This document shows, piece by piece, positions 48,674 to 59,888 of a stretch of DNA of 64,000 nt. The translations under genes were made by a program, and so were the position numbers. Below the pieces are notes generated by a model. That model saw nothing but the letters and a program-made list of their open reading frames with translations, was not told the origin of the DNA and did not search any database. The number at the start of each line of letters is the position of its first letter. Within the stretch, counting starts at the first letter, position 1. The stretch comes from Eukaryota sp. TZLM1-RC (lineage: Eukaryota; Protista; Metamonada: BaSk clade), in contig JAUPSS010000002.1 of NCBI GenBank assembly GCA_040285825.1, forward strand, positions 682,001 through 746,000. The letters run 5' to 3'.

Positions 48674-49573
48674 CTACTCAAACGCTGAATGGAAGCTTCC
48701 TGCAACATAGGACACAGATGCATCATCCACTGACGATGCCTCAGAGCTCTGGGCATAATGAAGCAAATGGAATTGGTACCCCAGTTGAGAAAGCGCTATA
48801 AGGATTAAACTTATAGGAGAAGCTCCACAGACAGTATTTCCAGTTCTTGATAAATATAGTTCCCAATCAGAATGATCCATTGTTTTTATCGCCTTAATTG
48901 CCTCCATGTCCAGGTCTTCAATCCTCTTGTGTAGAGGAAGAGGCTTATCATGGACCTTTGTGAAACCAAAGCGGCGTCCGAAATGACAGAAATCACTACT
49001 GACAACAAATACAGTGTGTTGGTCATTAGCAAGGTCTCGAAGGGCATCACCTATACGGAGTTGGTCGTCAGAGTTCATGTGCCCCACCATGAGTGGAAGA
49101 ACCTTGATATCATGATGTCGTTCGTGCATTCGGGACATAAAAAACTTAATAAAAGGAAACTGCATTTCCAGAGAATGTTCAGATTCATCAACCCTCTGAG
49201 ACATAAAGTCAAATAAAGAGGAGTGTTTACTGACAAGTTCAAAGGCAAGACTGGTATCAACAGCTAAATTACCAAGAGGGGTTTCAAGTTCAGAAGCTCC
49301 ACTAACGGCAACATTACGGAAAGATGATCGATGACTAGGACCAAGAACGATAATTGTTTTGGCCATAGTCCAATCGATACAGTTGAAGCCGTAAGCAGCA
49401 GTGGATCCACTGAAAGCGTATCCAGCATGAGGGACTATGACGGCCTTGCTACCAGGATACCGATTAGTCGCCACATTAGTATAAGATGCAAGCATAAGGG
49501 CAATTTCTGAGGAAGTTCCGGGGTACCAAGAACCCGCATAAGTAGCTCTTCGAATATATGATGTGTGAGGCAT
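48674..49573 (-). CDS. MEMO1: MEMO1 family protein
   Basis: AGSWYP, PHAGY, LGPSH, EHSLEMQFP, SSDFCH, NTVCG, SVSY. Confidence 0.95.
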   Translation of the reverse strand: MPHTSYIRRATYAGSWYPGTSSEIALMLASYTNVATNRYPGSKAVIVPHAGYAFSGSTAAYGFNCIDWTMAKTIIVLGPSHRSSFRNVAVSGASELETPLGNLAVDTSLAFELVSKHSSLFDFMSQRVDESEHSLEMQFPFIKFFMSRMHERHHDIKVLPLMVGHMNSDDQLRIGDALRDLANDQHTVFVVSSDFCHFGRRFGFTKVHDKPLPLHKRIEDLDMEAIKAIKTMDHSDWELYLSRTGNTVCGASPISLILIALSQLGYQFHLLHYAQSSEASSVDDASVSYVAGSFHSAFE

Positions 49574-49659
49574 TTGTTGGTGGCAAATATACCTTTTTTC
49601 TAAGATGTCATTTATGATTATTGGTCATAGATCTATTTTGCTTTTAGTTATAGTTTCAT

Positions 49660-51002
49660 TTTTTTAATTTTTTTATTAAAAACCTATAAATCAACATCTA
49701 AATAATCCATATCCCAAAAAACAAAAACACTGGCTGCAACTCTCTCATGGTGAGATCCAAGAGAGAGCAAAGCATCAGAAACCATCTTCAACATCCCCTC
49801 AAAAATAGAAAAGACAATTCTATTTTGCCAAAACAATCTGTTGAAATTTCTGTTAGTTCTTCAGCTTACAATCATTTCAAAATCTGCCAAAAAACGTATA
49901 GCCGTTTGAGTAAGTAAAACCAAAAAGAGAAAATACAAATGGGCACAAATTGTATTTTGCATGCTGTTGACTGGACATTTTGTACAAACGTTCATTGTAT
50001 TTCTTGATTTTGAAATTTTCACCATTTGAAAGAGGATTATGACTTTCAGAATTAACAAGCCTTTCATTTGAGGCATTACAAGGATCAACAGACATTACAT
50101 CCAATAAAATGAAGCTTCCATCTAAACCAGGTAATATTACATCACCTCTATTATTCTTATGAGAATCATCATCAGTATCAAACAGATTTGACATCAGAGG
50201 TTCCAAAAAGGATTCAATTCTATGAGACTTACACATACAATATAATTGGTCTCTTACAGCATCGTGAACCTTGCTTCTAAAAGTAATAAAATGTTTACAA
50301 TTTAACAAATGAGTAATTGTAATTTTTCGAGAACATTTACAAATTAAATTATAAGGTAAATTATCAAGTGAGATAAAGGAACGAAAACTCATATTCAAAG
50401 TCCAAGCAGAATCAGTTAAGAGAGTACCATAAACTTGAGGAATTGTTGTTACTTAGGCAGAAAAAGTACTATCTCACATATCTTGTAAAAGATTTGCAAA
50501 AGCGGGATTCTTTTTCTTGGCCAAGCCAAGTCTAACATTAAAATCCAAGCTTTCAAAAATCTTTGACAATTTTTGTTGAAGGTTTTTACAGCAAAACTGC
50601 AAATTAAAAAGAGATCGGTTTGGAATTTCTTGAATTGATTGGGGAAAACATTTGGTCCAGATTTGTGGTGGCAATCTATCAAGTTCACAAGATAACTCAT
50701 TCAAATATGGACTGCAACTGGGAACTAATAAATGAGAATTTGCAGGAAATTTACGAAAAAATTCATAAATAAAAATCTTGCCACCATCCAAAAGTGCTGA
50801 TTGACACAAAAAAGAAGATTTAGCTAATCCAATACCACTCAAAATTGCTGAAGAAAATAAGTGATTTCTCAACATTCCTGGTTCTCCATCCAATAAATCA
50901 GCAAAAAATTCTGTTCTCAATGAATTAAAGGAACGAAAAAAATCTAATGCTATAGAAGGAGCACAAAATCTCAAAATGTGGGTTATTCTCCCAGTGTAGC
51001 AA
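49660..51002 (-). mobile_element. Decayed CRE-like non-LTR fragment
   Basis: CYTGRITHILR..LDFNVRLGLAK..HDAVRDQLY..RGDVILPG..KIKKY. Confidence 0.85.
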
Positions 51003-51394
51003 CCATCTAAGTTGGTCATCAATTTTTTTTCCTCGTCTGATACAGGCTTTTTGTAAACGCTGAAGGTATCGACAAGAGAATTTCTGTTGACATTTGATCC
51101 TAGGCTTTGTGTGGGGTCCTGTGGCAGTTGATGGGGAAGTCTTGTATGATGACTCAGTCCTAGACAGGTGTTCGCTTCCTTCACCATCCGTGAAAATAAG
51201 TGATCAATGGTTTTTAAATTTGGGACAATTAACTACAAGGAGAAAAATGGGCACTCTAAAAATGCACAAATACAATTAGTAAATCGTATTAAATGGTAGT
51301 CAAACAACATTTCAAGCGTTGGCAAAAAGCAAAATAATATTCAAAAAGAAGTTGAAATAAAGGGCAGAATTAAGGCAGTCAGAATAAAAAACTC

Positions 51395-52117
51395 GCTTCA
51401 ACAACAATTCCAATCTTCTTCTTGCTGGGAAAAACACATAATTGCTAAATACGCTGACCTATTCCTTCTGTTAGTAACAATTCTCATGTCCAATAAAATC
51501 CATGTCCCTTTATTTCTTTGCTCGTTTCTTTAGTTAAGGTTGTTTAGGCCTTTCTAGAATATTTCTGCGTACTTGTAAAGGAAAGAACTGGAAATATTTC
51601 CGATCGTGTTTACTGGCAGAACAGGATTGAGTTTTCAATTCATTATTTATGAGTTCATTTAAGTGTGGAAGTTAAACAATTCTATACATTCAGAAGGGAA
51701 TGGTCAAATATATGTCTCATTCACTATCTTCCTTTGGTCGATTTTCAGAATCTTGAGTAATTAACTGTTTCGATGGTGGAGAGACAAATTTTGAGCATGT
51801 AGAGCTTCAGTTGTTTCTTTATTTTTATATAAAAAATAAATTTTATTAATAACAAAAAAGGCTATTTTTCCTGCTAACAATCAACATGAAATACTGAGCT
51901 TGCAACACTTTCAAGCCACCGCCCATGGTGCTCCTTTTATTTTACGTTATGAACCACCCAAAGATGAGATTTTTTAGCAGAAAGTTTTTTATTGTAGCCT
52001 TTGGAAAGAGTAATCTTTTCATCAGTGAAATGCAGTCAGTAGCAATAGCAACTATTCTTCTTGCTGACACTTGAAAAGGATAAGATTCAACCAAAAAATA
52101 TAAATTGGACAATAAAA
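51395..52117. mobile_element. Mosaic of a CRE-like 3' remnant (+, about 51395-51815) and a Hero/NeSL-like remnant (-, about 51888-52115)
   Basis: Nucleotide similarity to 26490-26850 and to 42040-42300, respectively. Confidence 0.6.
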
Positions 52118-52692
52118 ACAAACTGCAAGAATATCGTGTATCAAAGAGCCCCTGCTGAAGGAAACACTTTCTCTGAATAATTTTGGTTCTGATGATAGAG
52201 GTGATGTATACTGTGATTGGATTGATAATTCTGAAGCTACTGTTGACTTTGTCTCATGTAATGTTGCAAATGTTACTTTGGTTCACAGAAGAAAACTTAA
52301 TCCTGTGGCAGCTCTGGATTTTAAAGCAAAGGAGAAACATAGAAAATATGATAAAGATATTAAAGAGGCTAATGTCGATAGAAATACACAGCTGGTTTTT
52401 ATTGCTTTCCCATTTTCGATAAATGGAAGATTATCAGATGAAGCAGAAACTTTTTTGAATGACTTCGAAATAATGGTTCAAGAAAAAACAATGAAAAGAT
52501 TTGATATATTTTTAAGGCGTTCACGGATTCAATTTGCCATTATTAATAGATTACCAGGGTTTTTCAATCGACTAAGAGAAGCTTTAGCTAGACAGCAATC
52601 AGATCAAGATTTTGTAGAGGAAATCTTGGTTCAATGATAGTCGTCCCATTAGTTATGAGTTAATTTAATCAAGTGTGCAAATTCAATAAATA
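52118..52692 (+). mobile_element. CRE-like non-LTR 3' fragment (copy of 5410-5985)
   Basis: Near-identical nucleotide sequence. Confidence 0.85.
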
Positions 52693-52705
52693 TACAGTGT
52701 CTCGA

Positions 52706-53579
52706 TTTTTTTTTAAAAAACTGGAATATTTATTGAGATAAAAATAACCATCTAGAATTCAATATCCTCCAAACAAGCGTCACTATTACTGAACCTACTC
52801 ACAGCATTACGTTCATATTCTACACCAATAGCTAAAAGTGCCTTTGAAATCATTGTTGGAATAGACTTGAAAATGCAAAAAACAATTCTATTTAACCAGA
52901 AAGTGGAGTTCATTGTTTTACCAGACCTATTCAGTAACACTTTTTTAAAATTTTCCAAAAAGTGCAAGCCTGAAGGTCCAATATTGCCAAAAAGAGAAAT
53001 TGCAAACGGCACAAACTGATATTTCACATGTTCCACTCTACCTAACTATGCCAAAGGTTCTTCATATTTTTTTATCTTCTTTTTTTCGGCGTTAGATAAC
53101 GGCGAGTCAGCGGAATACACTAAACGAGCAGCAGAATTTTTGCAAACATCCACTGAGACAACGTCTACAACATTGAGAACACCATCGATCCCTGGAGCTA
53201 CTAAATCTGCCCTTCTTTTACCAAAGGAATCATCAGTTTGATCTGAAGACAGCTTACGTACTAGTGGCTCAATAAATGCCTCTATATTGAAACTTTTGCA
53301 CATGGCATATAATTGATCACGAACTGAGTCATGAACAAGTGAGCGATAAGTTATGAAATACTTACAGTTTAAAATATGGGAAAGCGTAACAACACTCTTG
53401 CAGCGACAAATTAAATCATTTGGCAATGAGCAAGGCCATAGAAAACATCTCAATCTCATTGCAGTGGTCCATTGGTGATCATTAAGTAGAAGGCCGTAAA
53501 TGTTGGGAATTTGGGAGATTAAGCAACTTGAGCAACTGTCTTCAAGATCAATCAAAAAGTTTGCAAAAACGGGATTTTT
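52706..53579 (-). mobile_element. 5'-truncated CRE-like element with poly(A) and TSD
   Basis: RRADLV..VVDVV..EKKKIKKY. TSD TGTCTCGA(TTT) at 52698 and 53580. One in-frame stop at 53046-53048. Confidence 0.88.
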
Positions 53580-53788
53580 TGTCTCGATTTAGATTCATTA
53601 CATATTTCGGGAATTTGATAATTTACTTCAAGTGCATAAAATGTGACACAACGTAGCAGTGCAGATTGACTTAATGAGCACACATGATAATAATGCTTCA
53701 TTCTGGAGATATTTTATCATTTTGTTGTTGTTTCTTGTTAAATAAAAAACCCTCACCTGATTCATTCGAACTCAACAAGTTTACAACT

Positions 53789-55243
53789 ATGGCATCAACA
53801 GCAGCTCCATCAGTCAATCTCAATAGCAACAACACCATTAAGGCCGCCTCATCCAAACCACTGATGGCTACTGTTTCTGGTGTAAGGGGTATTGTCAATG
53901 AATCTTTGACCGCACCTGTTGCTTATTCATATGTTTCAGCTTTTGCATCATTAAAACGCAATTCAGCAATTATTGTTGGACGTGATTCACGTGTTTCAGG
54001 CCCTGAGCTTTACAAAACAGTCCTTGTCGCTTTGCGTGAACATGATATCGATGTTATTAATCTAGACATTGTTCCCACTCCTACCGTCCAGCTAATGGTC
54101 ACCAAATACAAAGCTGCGGGTGGGATCGTCATCACAGCCTCACATAATCCTATTGAATGGAACGGTCTCAAGTTTGTTGATTCTGATGGCCTTTTTTGTT
54201 CTCCATCTTTCTGTAAAGAGCTCTATGCTAAAGCCACAGATATCCTCAGTAACAATCCCTCTCTTCCCTCTCCAACTACTGGTTCAGTGAGGGAGGATCC
54301 ATCAGCCATCAATCAACACTTGGATTCAATTTTTTCTCTTTCGTGTGTTAATCCCAGAGCAGTTCAGTCTCGTAAATTCAAAGTTGCTCTAGACACTGTC
54401 AATGGTGCTGGAGGTCCTATCATGGAGCAACTGCTCACTCGCCTTGGCTGTTCTGTCTTTTCTCTCAACCTCGAACCAACTGGTTTGTTCGCCCATCCCC
54501 CTGAACCCATCCCTGAACACCTTTCCCAACTTTCCAATGCGGTCATCAGTAATCAATGTGACCTTGGTATAGCGACAGATCCAGATGTGGATAGATGTGT
54601 CCTAGTAGGTAATGATGGTAAACCATTAGGGGAAGAGTTCACTTTGGTTATGGCATTATACAGGTTTCTCATGGTCTCTCAGTCAGCTCAGAGTACTGTC
54701 ATCGTCAAGAACTGCTCTACCTCTTACCTGGTGGATATTGTTGCAGAACAGCATGGGTTTTCAGTAAAGGAAGCTGCTGTCGGTGAGATTAACGTTGCTA
54801 AAATGATGCAGGAGACAGGAAGTTTATTTGGGGGAGAAGGTAATGGAGGGGTTATGTTGTCTGATTGCCACATTGGTAGAGATGCTCCCGTAGCTGCCTG
54901 CTTGGTGTTGTCTTGTTTGGCCGAGTTTGACGGTTCTATTAATGAATTGCGGGATTCTTTACCTAGGTTTGATATGGTTAAAACAAAACTCCCAGTTGAT
55001 GCTTCATTATTAAGCAATATGGATATTTTGAAAGACCAAATGATTAACTTGTTTAGTCATGATGTCAATGTTTCCACTATTGATGGAGTCAAGATCAGTT
55101 CAACAGAAAAAGGAAGTTCAATGTGGTGGGTCCATCTTAGGGCTTCTAATACTGAGCCTATTATGAGAATTATTGCAGAAGCAGGCAAAGATTCTGTTTA
55201 TTCGATTGATCAACTTGTAGGTTTTGTTCGGAGCGTGTTGTAA
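53789..55243 (+). CDS. Alpha-D-phosphohexomutase (PMM/PGM/GlmM-like)
   Basis: SGVRG, TASHNP (phospho-Ser loop), DPDVDR (metal binding), GGEGNGG, RASNTEP. Likely ATG at 53789. Confidence 0.93.
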   Translation: MASTAAPSVNLNSNNTIKAASSKPLMATVSGVRGIVNESLTAPVAYSYVSAFASLKRNSAIIVGRDSRVSGPELYKTVLVALREHDIDVINLDIVPTPTVQLMVTKYKAAGGIVITASHNPIEWNGLKFVDSDGLFCSPSFCKELYAKATDILSNNPSLPSPTTGSVREDPSAINQHLDSIFSLSCVNPRAVQSRKFKVALDTVNGAGGPIMEQLLTRLGCSVFSLNLEPTGLFAHPPEPIPEHLSQLSNAVISNQCDLGIATDPDVDRCVLVGNDGKPLGEEFTLVMALYRFLMVSQSAQSTVIVKNCSTSYLVDIVAEQHGFSVKEAAVGEINVAKMMQETGSLFGGEGNGGVMLSDCHIGRDAPVAACLVLSCLAEFDGSINELRDSLPRFDMVKTKLPVDASLLSNMDILKDQMINLFSHDVNVSTIDGVKISSTEKGSSMWWVHLRASNTEPIMRIIAEAGKDSVYSIDQLVGFVRSVL

Positions 55244-55401
55244 ATAAAAAAACCCAAAAAGTCAGTTTGTTTTATAAAAGATTTGAACATTATTCATAAT
55301 GGAGTCGGATTGCAAACAGTTTAACACTGGTGAGATAAATTAAAAGAAAAAATAAAATTAAAGAATAAATAAAATAAAAGAACCAGGTAACACTATCAAT
55401 A

Positions 55402-56289
55402 TTAGCCAAGGACAATTAATTTAATAAAACCAGATGTCACCAATTTTTTGAAAACAAAAATCATCAATTTTCTAAATATTATAAAATAAATACAATAATA
55501 AACTAAACCAACTAAAAGAGATTGAGATAATGTAGGGTTAAGTTTAAACTCTGAGAAAATCAATTTAAAACTAGAGTTCATGGAAAAACTGTTGGAAAGT
55601 GAATAAAAAGGGTTAAATCTTATGTTTAACTGGGAAAATACATTATTTACTTCAAAAATACCAGCCTCTACGTCAAAAGAACTGATAGAAGGTTGTTCCG
55701 AGCAAATGACTTCCAAACTGTCATATTCACACAAAGATTTCTTTTCTTCTCTGGTTAACAATCCCTGGTCAAGGATATTATGGTTAGACATAGTTATACT
55801 CCCTCCAAGATAAACTCTAGAGTGAGGAGGGGGAAGATAAAATGAAAGAACAAGTGGAAGAACTGTTTTGGTTTTCATGAAAGGTGAATCAATTTCAGTA
55901 GTGATACCAGCAAAGAGGGTGGCAGAGGAAAGGGCTTGTTGAGTATTGGAAGTAAAGTTTAAAGAGAACATATTTGAATTGGATGAGGTGGAAAGAGAGA
56001 GCGGAATGTAGTGAGGACCTAAGAGGTCATTGAGCAGCATGGATGAGGATGAATAAAAAGAATCTCCATTGGATGAGGAAAAATGAAACAAGTATTCTCC
56101 ATTAAAAGACATTGAGGGAAGTGTACGGGATGGAAGATACTTTGGCCAAATGATATCAAGAAAAGAAGGTATAACGAAAGGAAGAATAATTACAGAAAGA
56201 ACAAGTGTTATGTATAACAAAGCCCCAAAGGAAAAAACAGGGAGCTTACGGTTGTCATATGGGGACAGAAACCTGGTCGAGAGAAACAT
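55402..56289 (-). CDS. TMEM231: TMEM231-like ciliary transition-zone protein
   Basis: N-terminal TM followed by W-x-K..P...F..YL; C-terminal P....L....YY..F TM; about 295 aa. Confidence 0.6.
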   Translation of the reverse strand: MFLSTRFLSPYDNRKLPVFSFGALLYITLVLSVIILPFVIPSFLDIIWPKYLPSRTLPSMSFNGEYLFHFSSSNGDSFYSSSSMLLNDLLGPHYIPLSLSTSSNSNMFSLNFTSNTQQALSSATLFAGITTEIDSPFMKTKTVLPLVLSFYLPPPHSRVYLGGSITMSNHNILDQGLLTREEKKSLCEYDSLEVICSEQPSISSFDVEAGIFEVNNVFSQLNIRFNPFYSLSNSFSMNSSFKLIFSEFKLNPTLSQSLLVGLVYYCIYFIIFRKLMIFVFKKLVTSGFIKLIVLG

Positions 56290-56343
56290 GTAAATGATGG
56301 ACAAAGCAAAAACACTGAAACTTGGTTTTGATCTTCATTTTCA

Positions 56344-59300
56344 ATGCCAAACTTTCAAATATTGCTGTTGGACCTCCAGAATGTGATCGATCAGGAGTCT
56401 TCTAAAACGTATGGGTTTTATTTATTAACAATAGATCTGTTGATGATCATCGAGTATATACTTACCTCGATCCCCTTTTAGACGAGATTAAATCAGGTGA
56501 GGATGCTTCCAATGATCTCGAAGAAATAATTGATACTCTATTAGCTGTTTCCAACTTATCCAGATGGCATATCACACAAGCTGCCGTCTTTGGCCTTTGT
56601 CATCTTGTTTCCTACAACATCTCTTCTGCAGTAATTGATAAAATTGCCGACTTTTGTTTTGCACTACTTCCAGACTCTAAACGTGAGTTACGAGAGTGTT
56701 CTGGTCAACTTCTCGGTGCCATTGTCGCTGCTCACCCCCAACACCTTCCCCTTCTGTTACCTACCCTCAAATCACATCTTCAAACAACAAGTCAATGGGA
56801 ACCTTGCGAAGGAACGTGTATAGCCACCGGTTTTTGCCTGCGTTCCCTGCCTCCTAACCCGATTGACAGTGTTCTCAAAGCTGGACAGATCCTTCTTGAA
56901 TCTCTATGTATTTGTTGTACTTCCCATGAAGCTGACTCTTATTCTTGTTATGTACGTCTCCAATCATTACGTGCTCTTTCCCGAATTGGAATGTCTCCAT
57001 TTAGAGAGTACTGTCCAGAAGAGTGCAGATCAGCAGCCATGACTGCTTTGGGGGATGTAGATCTCAATGTTAGAAGAATGGCAGCACGAGCTGTTTCCTC
57101 ACTAGGACCAGCTGATGAAGAGTCTGAGGGATTCTTGTTGACCCTTTCTGAACTTCTTTCTACCTCCACTATCTGGCAGACCTGTCATGGAGCAGCCGAA
57201 GCCATTAAGATATACGCCCACCAATACGCCCCCTTCTTCAAACCCTCTACTGTCAGGTCTGTTGTGGGAGTGTTGTCCTCCAAGGCTGTTTGTGGAACTG
57301 AAGCCATGCCCCCTCATAGCCCAGAAGTTTTGGAGAAGTTGGTGATGAATACGACTTGTTTGGATGGTATAATAATGGTGATTAAGTCACAATCTGAGTT
57401 TTCAGAGGGCGGTAGTGATGATTGTGTAGCTGTAAAGGCCAAAAATCAAAAAGATCACGTGGCTGATGACGTGATCTTACCTGGAGCTCACTGGGTTTCT
57501 GATCTGTTCCACTCGCAAGCCAAGTCATTATTGGTGAGATTTATGGATTCTCCTTTCCCTTTATTAAATGATTGTGCTTGTAGAAACTTGGATTTCTTGG
57601 TTGAAAATGAACTTTCTAATAAGGAAGCTATTAACCTTATGCCAGGACTGTACAAACTTACTCACCATGCTGCCATGCCCATCAGAGATATGGCTCTGAG
57701 AACTCTCAATAAAGTATTTGCTAGACTAAACTTGGAAAACTTGTGTAATATTTTTGATTTGGAAGAGGACAGACTTGTAGAAATTGATGATTTGAATAGT
57801 TTATTGGTTGGCAAGATTTGTATTGCCATTCTTAAAGATTTGGTTCAGTTAGCAAACTCTGAATCTTTTCAAAAAAATGCTGAATTAAAAGAATGTTGTT
57901 TGAAAGCATTTGCTGATATTTTACCAAAACCCGTAACCAGGGCTATTATTCAATCAGCAACCAATCAATCATTTGCCAGTTCGATTGCCCCAATTTTGAT
58001 GGAATGTGTAAATGATAGACATGATTACGTGAAGGTTGCCGCTTTTAGAGCATTGGCTTCCTTTGTTGTCTCTCAGGGGGCCACTTTGAATGTGGACGGT
58101 CTTGAATTTGTTGGAAATCTTGCAATCAATGCTATCAATGATGATTTTGATGATCTTTTGATTGCAATTGCTGATTTAATGGAAGCTGTCACACGCTCTC
58201 TAAGACTTGTTGAACGCGGCTCTTATAATCCAGTATCCAATTTGGAAATTTCCTTTTTGAGTAGTTTGCTAATCACACCTGGTTGTGTATTTTCAAGTGT
58301 TGAATCCGTAAAGGCAAGGTTTCAGTCGATTCTGGGTCTTTTGTTCGGTGATTATCCCCTTAGTTTGGATCATTGCTCTGTCTTGACTCAATTGTTCAGT
58401 TCAAATTTGGTATCAGCAGCTCAGAAAGAGAAAGATAGTCACGTCATGCAAAATATTGCTTATTCAATCAGATTTGTGCTAAATTCCCTGGATTTTGTTG
58501 ATAAAACTGACGAAACAAAACTTAGTCTGGTCACGTCCAATTTATTAGTTTGTGGCTCAATTTTGAGTTTATCACGTCATGTTTTGGTCTCTTCTACTGG
58601 TCAATTAGTATTCTTTAAACTGCTGCAGATTACCAAAGATCCAAATGTTTTTTCCTCTGCTATTCCTTCACTTTTGGTTAGTTTTTCAGACATTTTTGCT
58701 AAATTTTCAATTCCAATCTGCAATGAGCTCCTTTCTGAAAATAGGTCGAAAATGTTGACGTGTCTCTCGTTGAATCCTGAAGACCTATTAGTGACATTTG
58801 ATGAGGTTGTTGAATCACTTTCCGGAATCGAACAAGCAAGTCCTCAAGTATCAAAAGCCAAGGAAATGAGTTTATTACCTGCTATTTTTGTCGGTCAATC
58901 AATCAATTCTGATTTGATTGATTTATTAACGTCATTTGTTTCCTCTAATCCAGATGACGGATCTCTATGCATTCCTCCAAGTTCAATTGCTAAAGCTATT
59001 GATGTTTTGAAAAATACATTGGCGATTCAAAAATCAATACTAACAAAGTTTAACAAGCCAGAAACGATTGAAATTCGATCTTTCGAAGATTTCCCTGAAC
59101 CAATAGAAGTTCCAAACCTTTGTGATTTGGATGTTGATGAAACAACTTCGTCCCTCTTTTTGATCACAGGTGATTTTATTGAACCTTTTACCACTAATCA
59201 ATTATTAAACACTTTATTAACCCCATCAGTCTCTTTTCCTAGGAATGTAGTTGACTGTTCTTTTGGATTAATCAATAGTTCTATTGACGCAATTATTCCT

Positions 59301-59840
59301 CTTTTGGCTGAAACTACCATATCTCCATCTGCAGCTTTCCCATTGAGTTTGCTTGCTTTAGGTGTCGAGTCATTGTCAAGTGAGGATGTATTGGAGCTGA
59401 AAACTAAACTTATTTCAATATTTGTTCATATTGAAGATGATTTTGAGGTTCTGAAGTCAGGAAGTTCGGTGTTGAATGCATTATTAATGATTTTGTTAGA
59501 ATGTGTAAGGAAAAAAAGTGATGTTACTGATGAATTTATTGCCCTTTTCAAAAGGAAAATGTGGAGAAGACTTGCAGAAGGTTCAACCGCAATGATTTTC
59601 TTTAAGATATTGAGTATTTTCGTAGCAAATAACGATATTTCCAGAAATTTGGAATTGTCAATCAAACAGATGCTTATGACCTTTTACAATGATGATGAAG
59701 TTGATTGTGCTCGAAAAATGACCATTTTCTTGGAATTTCAATTGTCAATAGGATCTAGTATTGGTTTTGAATTGCCTGCTTTCGAGGATGCGTTCTTGGC
59801 CAATGTACAAGATAATGAAAACTTTGTACAAACTGAATAG
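56344..59840 (+). CDS. HEAT/ARM-repeat protein (about 1156 aa); 26-nt intron at 56409-56434
   Basis: The frame is open from 56435 into the 56991 ORF. Removing GTATGG...TTAACAATAG joins it to the ATG at 56344. HEAT motifs LGDVDLNVRRMAARAV and DRHDYVKVAAFRAL. Confidence 0.8.
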
Positions 59841-59888
59841 CTTTTTAAAGAAAAATGAATAAACAGATCTTGCTTTTTAGTTTGTATT

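Noticed and set aside
50474-51187. 237-aa ORF as a host gene
   Set aside because: A chance fusion of unrelated flank (above about 51005) to a CRE RT-thumb fragment.
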